Shown here: piece by piece, positions 39,174-48,614 of the stretch
Layout: each line of letters opens with the position of its first letter
Position numbering within the stretch: the stretch's first letter is position 1
NCBI GenBank assembly: GCA_963815195.1
Contig: CAWFGE010000016.1
Location: forward strand, 1-64,000
Source: an uncultured Planctomycetaceae bacterium
GTDB taxonomy: Bacteria > Planctomycetota > Planctomycetia > Planctomycetales > Planctomycetaceae
Length of the DNA: 64,000 nucleotides
Direction: 5' to 3'
Notes under the pieces: generated by a model
Database searches by the model: none
Told to the model about the DNA's origin: nothing
What the model saw: only the letters and a program-made list of their open reading frames with translations
Program-made: the position numbers and the translations under genes

Positions 39174-40643
39174 ATGATGCGACGAAACACCATGATGGGC
39201 TTCGGCCTGGCGTTCAGTTTGCTCTTGGGGCGGCCGCTCTTCGCCCAAGTCACGGAAGCCAACGCGAACCCGGCTCACGAAAAAATCAAAAAGGAAGCCG
39301 AAAGTTACTACAAGCAAGGCAACTACCCGAAAACCATCGAACTCACCACGCAGGTCATCGGGCAAAACCAAAGGGACGATGTCGCCCACTATCTCCGCGG
39401 GAGCGCCGAAGTGGAAGAAGGACTCCGCCGAAACAACTCCCCAATGGTCCGGCAAGGCATCGCCGACGCCCGCAAAGCGATCGAACTCAACGGCAAAGAG
39501 CACATGGATTATTACCTCCCGTATCTCTACGGGATGGCGGTCTTGTCCCAGGTGGAAGGCCGCAAAGAGCACGCCGAGGTCGCCATCAAAGTCGCCGGCG
39601 ACGTGTTGAATCTGGCGAACATCACGGACGATCAAAAAGCGAACGTGCTCTACCAGCGGGCCCGGGCTCAGACGACGTTGGGAAAGCCCGCCGAAGCCGC
39701 AAAGGACTTTGAACAGGCCCTCAAGTTCAATTCGATGCACATGGGGGCGTTTTTGGGAGCCGCCCAGGCCCATGCCGCCGCGGGCGATTTTGCGGCGGCC
39801 GAGCGGCAATTCAACAAGGCGATCACGACCTTCCCGAATAACCCCATGGTGTATAACGACCGGGGGATGTTTCATCAGCAGCGGAAAGAATACGACAAGG
39901 CCCTCTCCGATTTCACCCGCGTGATCGAACTCGACAAAAACGCGTTCTACGCCTACACCAACCGCGGGTTCACGCTGATGGAGCAAGGCGACCCGCAGGC
40001 GGCGGTAAACGATTTCGACCGTTCGCTCGCCATCCAGCCGGGCCAGGCGCTGGTGTATAGCTTGCGGGGAACGGCCGAACTCCGGCAAGGCAAATTGAGC
40101 GCGGCCATCGCCGACTGCCGCAAAGTCGTCGAACTCGATCCCAACAATCCCACCGCCAAATCCGATCTGGGCTTCGCCCTGTTCTTCGCCCAGGACTACG
40201 CCGGGGCCGCCAAGCAATTCGAAGCCGCGACCAAGGCTAATAATAAAGACCTCAAGCACGTTTATTCCTGGGAACTCATGTCCCTCCAGCAGGCGAAAAG
40301 TTCCGTGAACATTCAGCAGAAATTCGCCCCGCTGCTCCCCAGCGATCCCCAAAAATGGGACTGGCCCGACCAGGTCCTGGCTTACCAACTCGGCCGGATG
40401 ACCGACGACCAACTCCTGGCGAGAACGAATAGCGAAAACCAAGAAGACGGGCAGGCCCAGCTTTGCGAAGCCCATTTCTTCATCGGCGAACGCATGCTGA
40501 CCTCCGGCGACACGCAGCAAGCCATCGCCCATTTCCGCAAGGCTTTGGAAACCGGGGTCAAGCATCTCTCGGCATACCGCGGCTCGGAAATGGCCCTCAA
40601 ACACCTCAACGTCGCCACCACGTCGCAAAACGTCCCGCGGTGA
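39174..40643 (+). CDS. Secreted TPR protein (NlpI-like C-terminus)
   Basis: Signal peptide; multiple TPRs (YNDRG, YTNRG); C-terminal LCEAHFFIGE. Confidence 0.85.
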   Translation: MMRRNTMMGFGLAFSLLLGRPLFAQVTEANANPAHEKIKKEAESYYKQGNYPKTIELTTQVIGQNQRDDVAHYLRGSAEVEEGLRRNNSPMVRQGIADARKAIELNGKEHMDYYLPYLYGMAVLSQVEGRKEHAEVAIKVAGDVLNLANITDDQKANVLYQRARAQTTLGKPAEAAKDFEQALKFNSMHMGAFLGAAQAHAAAGDFAAAERQFNKAITTFPNNPMVYNDRGMFHQQRKEYDKALSDFTRVIELDKNAFYAYTNRGFTLMEQGDPQAAVNDFDRSLAIQPGQALVYSLRGTAELRQGKLSAAIADCRKVVELDPNNPTAKSDLGFALFFAQDYAGAAKQFEAATKANNKDLKHVYSWELMSLQQAKSSVNIQQKFAPLLPSDPQKWDWPDQVLAYQLGRMTDDQLLARTNSENQEDGQAQLCEAHFFIGERMLTSGDTQQAIAHFRKALETGVKHLSAYRGSEMALKHLNVATTSQNVPR

Positions 40644-40670
40644 TCGCGATCCCGCGGTAAGGGGATTTCT

Positions 40671-40708
40671 CCCCTCTCCCCTCGGGGGAGAGGGTTAGGG
40701 TGAGGGGG
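40671..40708. repeat. REP-like palindrome
   Basis: CCCCTCTCCCCTCGGGGGAGAGGGTTAGGGTGAGGGG between convergent genes. Confidence 0.75.
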
Positions 40709-40754
40709 CGAATGTGGAAATCGCTGCCAACTCTCATTCGTCCTCATCCGGCGT

Positions 40755-41726
40755 TCACGCAGCGCGGGCCGCCTTCTGTTTCCTTTGCCGGGGCTGGCTT
40801 TTCCAGCGGCGGTGCACCCAGAAATACTGCTCCGGGGCCCGCTTGACCGCCCGCTCCAATGCGGCCGTGTAATCCGCCGTGATCTCGCGGATCGCATCCG
40901 GCCCCTGGTAGTCCAAGGAATCGATCACCGCTTCGCAGCCCTGCTCAAACCGCACCCAAGGGTGGTTCGTAAAATCATCAGGCAGCCGAATGGCATAGCC
41001 CACGACAATCACCGCCCGATACTGAACCGCCAATAGAGCGATCGATTTGAACGTCGAAGCCGGCTGCCCGAAGAAGGGCACGAACAGCCCCTTTTTGCCG
41101 GCGTCTTGATCGGCCAGGAGCGCAAGGTTCCCGGAGCGCTCCAGAAACTCGACCATGTCCCCGCCGCCGCCTTTTTTCGATAAGAGCCGATGCCCCGTGT
41201 GCTCGCGGAACTCTTGAAACCACTGGTGCAGATACGGATTGTCCAGATCGCGGGCCACGACGCCCATCGGGAACCCGAACACCCCGAACGTGGAGACCGC
41301 CATCTCCCAGTTGCCGAAGTGCCCACTGAGCACAATCACAGGCCGCCCGCAAGAGAGAGCCTTCACGCTGTCGTCCCGGTTGCGGAACTCGACGACGTCG
41401 GCACAATTATACAGCCGAAGTTTGCGGGGCAGTTGCACGATCTCGATCACCAGGCGGAAGAGATGAATCCACATCCGGCGGATGATGTCGTCGATCTGGG
41501 CCTCGGAGTAGCGGGAGCCGAACGCCGACTTCAGGTTCTGCCGGGCGACTTCGTAGCGGGACCATTTTTTGGGGAGCAGCCGAAACACCGCGAACGCCAA
41601 CCCCTCGGCCAACCGCACCGAAACCCGCGTGGGCAGCGCATCCACGAGGCAGACCACAAAGCGGAACAGCACATATTCCGCGAGATACCGCCATTTGCGG
41701 GCACTGCGTTTTTCCTCAATCGCCAT
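40755..41726 (-). CDS. Lipid A lauroyl-type / lysophospholipid acyltransferase (LpxL/HtrB family)
   Basis: GHFGNWE, LADQDAG, VPFFG, PEQYFWVHRRWK. Confidence 0.92.
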   Translation of the reverse strand: MAIEEKRSARKWRYLAEYVLFRFVVCLVDALPTRVSVRLAEGLAFAVFRLLPKKWSRYEVARQNLKSAFGSRYSEAQIDDIIRRMWIHLFRLVIEIVQLPRKLRLYNCADVVEFRNRDDSVKALSCGRPVIVLSGHFGNWEMAVSTFGVFGFPMGVVARDLDNPYLHQWFQEFREHTGHRLLSKKGGGGDMVEFLERSGNLALLADQDAGKKGLFVPFFGQPASTFKSIALLAVQYRAVIVVGYAIRLPDDFTNHPWVRFEQGCEAVIDSLDYQGPDAIREITADYTAALERAVKRAPEQYFWVHRRWKSQPRQRKQKAARAA

Positions 41727-41869
41727 CCTTTGCTCCCTGCGAGGTTTACGGCGAAAGTGTCGCGATTCCGTGAAATTCCGTCAACCCGCGTTTTTGGCGG
41801 GAGAAAGGGTCATGAGGTGAGGAAAAACGTGTGGGTGCCGAAGATGTCGCAAGGTGGCCTTTCGATGCC

Positions 41870-41930
41870 ATCCGAACGGCAGCCCAAGCGCCGGCGATCT
41901 GGTCGGGCAGCTTGGGGTCTTGTTCGGCGG
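41870..41930. other. attC-like imperfect hairpin
   Basis: CCGAAC...CCCAAGCGCC...GGCAGCTTGGG...GTTCGG, with a single unpaired base in one arm. Confidence 0.45.
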
Positions 41931-42117
41931 TGGGTCCGTCATCCATCGGAAAATTCTTGTGTGGGCATAAGAGTTCGGATAGGATGAGCAAATTGAGCCC
42001 GAGCGATTTGGGGATTGGACGTCGTGGAGACGACGGGAAAGGATCCTTGAGTTGAGTGATCTTGAGCAAAGACGCCGATCACTCAATTCCGCGTTATCCG
42101 TCAAAGCCCCCCCAATC

Positions 42118-42690
42118 ATGGCCGCATTCAACTGGAATCAATTCCTGACCGACTACTCGCAGGAACTGGCGAGCAAAGACCAGTATCTTGACTGGGCGGA
42201 AGTGCCGCAGGCCGCTCGCGACGCAAAATGGTTTGGTTTCCCGCCCGCAACCGACGAGGCGATCGCCAAATCCGAACGATTGCTCGGCATTCAAATGCCT
42301 GAGGACATGCGAGATTTCTACCGTGTCACAAACGGTTGGATGTTATGCGGCCATACGATTTACGACATCAGACCGATCGAACAACTGTGTTGGCTTTCCG
42401 ATGGCGAGCCTGAGCTTTGGTCAGTGTGCGAAGTCGATGACGACCCCCCAGAAGATGATGACGAACGGGAATGGTGGTACGATCAGGGCGTCAAGGTGCG
42501 TCGCTCGCTGATGCTCAACACAAGAGGTGATGATTCAACACTTCTGTTCGATCCTGACGCCGACCCATCTTCGAATGAACTTCGATTTGGTACTTGGGCT
42601 GCTTGGAACCCGGCGATGGAATGGACGGCAACCAGCCTCGAAGAATTCTTTTTACAGTCACGGGAAATGCTGGCACAGATGGACGGATAA
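42118..42690 (+). CDS. SMI1/KNR4 family (SUKH) immunity protein in a gene-cassette configuration
   Basis: PPATDEAIAKSERLLGIQMPEDMRDFYRVTNG; flanked by GTTATCC (42093-42099) and GGATAAC (42685-42691). Confidence 0.88.
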   Translation: MAAFNWNQFLTDYSQELASKDQYLDWAEVPQAARDAKWFGFPPATDEAIAKSERLLGIQMPEDMRDFYRVTNGWMLCGHTIYDIRPIEQLCWLSDGEPELWSVCEVDDDPPEDDDEREWWYDQGVKVRRSLMLNTRGDDSTLLFDPDADPSSNELRFGTWAAWNPAMEWTATSLEEFFLQSREMLAQMDG

Positions 42691-42745
42691 CAATCGCATG
42701 CACCGGAGCGCCGCCGTGGAAGAACTGCCGTGACCGCGTGGCGGC
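42685..42745 (+). other. Left half of an integron attC-like site (R''/L''), right half degenerate
   Basis: GGATAAC-AATCG-CATGCACCGGAG directly overlapping the stop codon. Confidence 0.6.
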
Positions 42746-42931
42746 CAATTTGTTCGATGGCCAATTTTGGAGCAAAACGTCTCAAATTCCGTGTAACCTT
42801 CCTTGCCCTCCAGGTCAATTTCCTTTTGCGGGCGCTGTTCGGGGCGGTTTGACTTTACACAGATAGGCGCCTCTTGATACGTTGCAGGAAAGAAAAGTCA
42901 CCTTGCCTAGCGTTCAAAAGGAGAACGAGGG

Positions 42932-45900
42932 ATGCCGGTTCGTTCAGATTATGCCCGTTTTGGTGGAGCGATGTTTGCGGCCTTTTGTCTGAGCCTGGCC
43001 TCGGTCGCCGAGGCCCAGATGCCGACGACGATGCTCTCGTCGGTTTTTCCGCCCAGCGGCCAGGCGGGCTCGGAAATCGAAGTGCAAATCACCGGGGAGA
43101 ACCTGGACGAGGTCTCGAAGCTGGAGTTTTCGCGTCCAGGGATCACGTCCGAGCAGAAGATGAATCCGCCCGACGAGTTTTCCCCAAAGCCCACGCCGAT
43201 GGAAAACCAGTTCACGGTCAAAATCGCCGCCGACGTGCCGCCGGGGATTTATGAAGTCCGCAGCGTCGGCCGCTACGGGATTTCCAATCCCCGCGCGTTC
43301 GTGGTCGATGATTTGAAACAAGTCAAGCGCGAGGGGTTGCCCGATTCGCCGGAAAAAGCGATGCCCGTCGAAGTCGGCAGCACCGTGGTCGCCCAGATGA
43401 CCGCCCAGCGCAAGGAATACTACAAAGTCGAGCTGCAAAAAGGCGACCGTGTGCTGATCGATTGCTGGGGCGAGCGGATCGATTCGCGGATCGATCCCGT
43501 CATTATGCTCTACGATCCCAACGGCCGCATGGTCCGCCGGGCCCGGCAGGCCGACCCTCGCGACTCGCTGATTCAATGGGAAGTCCAAACTGCGGGCCCG
43601 CACATCGTCGCTGTGCACGACTTCACTTTCCAGGGCGGGGCGGATTTTTCCTACCGCCTGTCCTTCCGCAAAGCGCCTTACGTCGATTTCATCTTTCCGC
43701 CCGTGGGGAAGCCCGGCTCCAACGATCAATACACGATCTATGGCCGGAACCTGCCCGGCGGCCAACCGGCGGAGGGCCTTAAAGTCCGCGGCGTCGCGCT
43801 CGAAAAAATCACCGTCAACATCGCCCTGCCCAACGACCCCAAGAGCCTGAACCGGCTGCCGATGACGGGGGCCGTGGATTCCTATCAAGCCGGGACGAGC
43901 GGGTTTTCTTACCGGGTGAAAGGGCCGGACGGGATTTCCAACGCCGTCACGGTGCATTTCGCGGAAGCCCCGATCGTGATGGAGCAGGAACCCGCGAACA
44001 ACGAGCAGGCCAAACCGCAGAAGATCACCGTGCCCTCTGAATACGTGGGGCAGTTTTATCCCGAAGGCGACCGGGATTGGGTCGCGTTCGACGGCAAGAA
44101 GGGCGAAGTGTATTGGCTGAACGTGATCTCGCAGCGGCTGGGCACGATGGCCGACCCGGTGCTGATGGTCGAAAAAGTCACCAAAGACGCCAAAGGCAAC
44201 GAGCAGGTCAAGATGGTGACCAAGCTGGACGATGCCCCTTACACGAAGCCGGGCAATAATCAGCCGGAGATTGTCAGCCTGCAGACGGACGATCCCAAAT
44301 ACCGGCTGGCGGTCGATGAGGACGCCACCTACCGCATCCGCTTGAACGATCTCTACAACAACCCCGCGAACGATCCCCGGCTGGTGTATCGCCTGGTCAT
44401 TCAGAAGGAAAGTCCCGACTTCCAACTCGTCGCCTATGCCGAGCCGGAAAAAGACAGCCGCAATCAGTTGAAGCCGACCGCCTGCGTCGTCCGCCGCGGC
44501 GGGACGTCGGCTCTGAAATTGAACCTCGCCCGCCAGTACGGGTTTGAAGGGGATGTGGAAGTCCGCGTGGAAGGTTTGCCTCAGGGCGTGACCTGCCAGG
44601 GAGCCCAGTTTGGGGGCACGGTCAGCGACGGCTGGCTGGTGTTTGAAGCCGCCGAGAACGCTCCCGCCTGGGCTGGCTCCATCGAGGTCATTGGCAAAGC
44701 GACCGTGGACGGCAAGACGATCGAGCGCGAAGCCCGCTACGGCACGCTGCTTTGGCCGTTGAATCAGAACATGCCGGTCGCATCCCGGCTCGCCCGCAAC
44801 CTCACGCTGTCCGTCGTCACCGCCGAGACCGCCCCGGTCGTCCTCCAAGCCGGCGACGGCAAGGTGATCGAAACCTCGCTCGGCGGCAAGGTGGAAATCC
44901 CCTTCAAAGTCACCAAGCGGGAAGCCATCAAAGGCGATCTCAAAGTCTCCGCCGTCGATCTGCCGCGGGACATCAACCGCAAGGACGAGAACGTCAAAGA
45001 CAACGGCAAGACGGAGCTTTACCTCAGGACCACGAATATCCCCACCGGGACGTACACGTTCTACTTCCAGGGCACGTCCAAGTTCACCTACAAGCGGAAC
45101 CAGGACGCGGTCGAGAAAGCCAAGGAAGAGCAAAAGCGTGCGAACGAGCTCAAGAAGAAATACGACGAGGAAGCCAAAGCCGCCCAGACGAAAGCCCAAG
45201 AGGCGGCGAAGAATTCTCAAACGGCGGCGAATGAATTGAAGTCCGCCCAGCAAGCGGCCGAGGCCGCCAAAAAAGCCGCGGACGAAGCGGCGAAGCAAGT
45301 GGCCGCGGCGGAGCAAAAACTCGCCGAGGCGAAAAAAGCCGCCGACGCCGCCAAGGACGATGCGGGCAAAGCCCAAGCCGCGCAGCAAGCGGAAAAAGAG
45401 CTGGCGGACGTCAAAAAGAAGCAAGAGGAAGCCGCGACCAAACAGGCCGAGGCCGAGAAAGCATCGAAAGCCGCCGAGGAGAAAAACACCTCGGCTCAAA
45501 AAGACAAAGAGAAAGCCGACGCCGACGCCAAGGCCGCGGCCGAGATGCAAAAGAAAGCCGACGGCTACACGAAGAAGGTGGACAACGACCTCAAGAACGT
45601 CACCAACCAGAACAAGCCCGGCGACATCAACTTGTACGTCGTGTCTTCGCCGGTGGTGCTCAAGGTGCATCCGCACCCGCTGAAAATCACCGCCCCGTCC
45701 ACCCTGGGCAAACTCCAGCCCGAAAAGTCGCTGGAGTCTGCCAGTGTCCATCGAACGGCTTTACGGCTTCGATGGCAAGATCGATGTGGAAGTCGTACTG
45801 CCGAACGGCATCAAAGGCATCAGCGTGGACAAAGCCAGCATCGACAAAGGCAAAACCGATGCCAAGCTCACGCTGAAAGCCGGCAAAGACCTCACCCCCG

Positions 45901-46013
45901 GCAGTCACGCCGCGACGCTCCGGTTCCGGCTGCAATTTAACAACGTCTCCCTGGTCGCCGAGCAACCGGTGACCATCGAAGCCGAAGCCCCCAAAGAAGT
46001 CGCGGGCAAATAA
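42932..46013 (+). CDS. Planctomycete PPC/Ig-like multidomain secreted protein with Ala/Lys-rich coiled coil; frameshift near 45737
   Basis: SVFPPSGQAGS, GISNPRAFVV, RIDSRIDPV, DRDWVAF, PDFQL; the C-terminus continues in ORF 45744-46013. Confidence 0.85.
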
Positions 46014-46039
46014 GCGGCTCGGCAACATTTCAAAAATCG

Positions 46040-46078
46040 ACCCGGCGGACTTCAGAAACGAAGTCCCGCCGGGTTTTT
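46040..46078 (+). terminator. Rho-independent terminator
   Basis: ACCCGGCGGACTTC-AGAAAC-GAAGTCCCGCCGGGT followed by TTTT. Confidence 0.75.
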
Positions 46079-46122
46079 AACTTCCGTAGTCTTTGAATTC
46101 CACAGTTCCAAATTCCGGCAAA

Positions 46123-46358
46123 AGGACCGAAGGTCCGGTGCTATGTCAGCCCAGGGCAAGCGCAGCGCCGCCCTGGGTTACGGATGATCAAGGAGAGGCA
46201 AGCCCCAAGGGGGCGGCCCTACGTGGCGCACGTTGCGGGGCGGGTTCCATCCCATTTAGGCACCTGCGCATCTCCGGTTTACGACCGCCCCGTTGGGGCT
46301 TTTGGATTTTGTTCGTTCCCGTTTCCCAGGGCTGACATAGGGCCGGGCCTTCGGCCCT
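46123..46358. repeat. Nested palindromic REP/MITE-like element
   Basis: GAAGGTCCGG..CTATGTCAGCCCAGGG pairs with CCCAGGGCTGACATAG..CCGGGCCTTC; inner AGCCCCAAGGGGGCGG / CCGCCCCGTTGGGGCT. Confidence 0.7.
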
Positions 46359-46423
46359 GTCTTCTAGTGCAGCCGCAACATGGACCACGATGACACGAAG
46401 ATTCGAATTACTGGAAAGATCTT

Positions 46424-47152
46424 TTACTCAACTTTCGGGGCGGCGCTTTTTGCGTCTTTTCCGGATTCCACGAGTTTCCATTCCATCGTTCTCTTCATCT
46501 GAAACTTGCCGTTTGTCCGCCGTTCTTTTTCGTACTTGTAAGTCACAACGCCGAAGGGGGCCTCTTTGTGAAGCCTGGTCTCGGTGCGGAAAATGACTTT
46601 GTCGCTTTTGTTTTCGCCTTGAAGCCCTTTGCAGGCCCAGTTTTTCTTGTCGATCTTGACGGTCGCGGCCGGCAGCTTGGTGATCTTTGTGAGCGGAGCA
46701 TGGAAGATTTCGTCCAAGCTCTCGATTTCCCGCTTGCCGGCCCCTTTCAAATCCAGTTCTTGAAGATTCTCGGCTGAGGTTCCTTTATAGGCTTTCAGCA
46801 CGTGGTCGCGCGGATCCTTGCCTTGGGCGAGATCCTTTTCCGGGATCAGCAGCTTGATCAGTTCGCTGAATTTTTGCGTCCCTCCACCGGTCGGCGCGAA
46901 GTTCAATTCTGACTCCAGTTCGATCCATCGGCACGGCTGTTTGTCAACCATCTTTTTTCCGACGGAGCGGAGCGTCTGCGTTCCATCGATCGTCACCGAC
47001 ACGGTGCCGTCGGATTTAATTCCCTCTCCCTTGATCTCAAACCGCACCCACGTTCCATCTTCGGGGAGTTGATAAATCAGCCCGTCGGCGCTCGAGATTC
47101 CAGGAACAAAAATCAGAACCAGGAGGGCGAGAAATGTTGCAAGCGGTCGCAT
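46424..47152 (-). CDS. Secreted hypothetical protein
   Basis: Signal peptide; LPEDGTWVRF, CRWIELE, APFGVV, ESGKDAKS; GGAGG RBS. Confidence 0.75.
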   Translation of the reverse strand: MRPLATFLALLVLIFVPGISSADGLIYQLPEDGTWVRFEIKGEGIKSDGTVSVTIDGTQTLRSVGKKMVDKQPCRWIELESELNFAPTGGGTQKFSELIKLLIPEKDLAQGKDPRDHVLKAYKGTSAENLQELDLKGAGKREIESLDEIFHAPLTKITKLPAATVKIDKKNWACKGLQGENKSDKVIFRTETRLHKEAPFGVVTYKYEKERRTNGKFQMKRTMEWKLVESGKDAKSAAPKVE

Positions 47153-47440
47153 GGTGTGCCTCCGAAGCGAATGCTTCTATTGGTGAGAGAGGGAAAAAGA
47201 GACGGGCTGTGGTGCACTTCAACCCAACTTACCGAGTTTGCCGGCGTTTTGCCACCGCCTCTGTTTTCTGGGCCACGCGCGGGAGCTTGATACTGGCCGC
47301 CCGGAGGTTTTCGTTGTAAGTTGAGGTTTTTAACCCGCCATTGTTCGCCTTTCGGTTCACGAGCTTTGAGATTGCAATACCGCTAACGTCGTGCGAGGCT
47401 CTTCCGTTTTTGGAACGACTGATTTTGGGATTTACGCACT

Positions 47441-48402
47441 ATGACCACATCGGCCAACCATCCGCTGGAGATGATTCGTCCCCGGCGGAAGATTACGGGG
47501 CTGTCGGCGATTTTGCTGCCGTTTTTGGAGAACGGCGACGTCGATTGGCCGAGCTTTCGTGCGCACGTCGAACGCACCGCAAACGCCGGGCTGACGCCGG
47601 CGGTGAATATGGACACCGGCTATGTGCATCTCCTGGACGATGACACCCGCCGGCAGGTGCTCCGGGCCACGCGTGAGACACTGGGCGGCGGGGCGTTTGT
47701 GGCGGGGGCGTTTGTGAAAGACCAGCCGGGTGCCGCTTTCGATGCAGACGGTTACAAGCAGCAGATGGAATGGATTGGGGAATTCGGCGGGACGCCGGTG
47801 ATCTTTCAATCCTTCGGCCTCGTCGAGCAACACGGGCCGGACATCGTGGCGGCTTATCAGGAGTTGCGCGGGACTCGGAGCGGTTCATCGGGTTTGAACT
47901 CACGCAGGATCTGGCCCCCTTCGGCAAAGTGTACGATCTCGACACCTACGCAGGAATGATGGCGATTCCCCAATGCATCGGCGCGAAGCATTCGTCCTTC
48001 CACCGCGAACCGGAATGGCGGCGGTTGACGCTTCGCGATCGGAACCGGCCCGATTTCATTGTGTTCACGGGTAACGATTTTGCGATCGACATGGTGATGT
48101 ATGGTAGCGATTATCTGTTGGGCCTGAGCACGTTCGCCCCCGATCTTTTCGCCCGCCGGGATGCTTACTGGGAAGCCGGCGACCCGGCGTTTTATGAACT
48201 GAACGACCTCTTGCAGTATTTGGGCTTTTTCGCGTTTCGATCGCCGGGGCCGGGCTACAAACACTCGGCGGCCCAGTTTTTGAAGATTCGCGGCTGGCTG
48301 ACCACCAACCGCACGCATCCCCAGAGTCCCCCGCGGCCGGAGACGGACATTTCGATTCTCGAAGAGTTGGCTTCCCGGCTGGGCGTCGTGGGAAAATCAT
48401 AA
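47441..48402 (+). CDS. Dihydrodipicolinate synthase-like family protein; frameshift near 47867
   Basis: [52 protein letters not shown]. Confidence 0.85.
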
Positions 48403-48614
48403 ACGCTACAATCGGACGAACTGCCGTCTCCGTTAGATCCCTTAGGAACGGATTTCCGGGTTGAAGATCTGCGCCGAACCCGCGCGGGTTTCGCGGACTG
48501 TCTTCGAGAAACTCGACAATCCCTAGTGGCCAAATTGGTCGTTTTTCCGATACACTTTATACGGAAGGACTGTGGAATCCTTATGTCACCAGGCCGATCA
48601 GGTTTACGTTTCCT

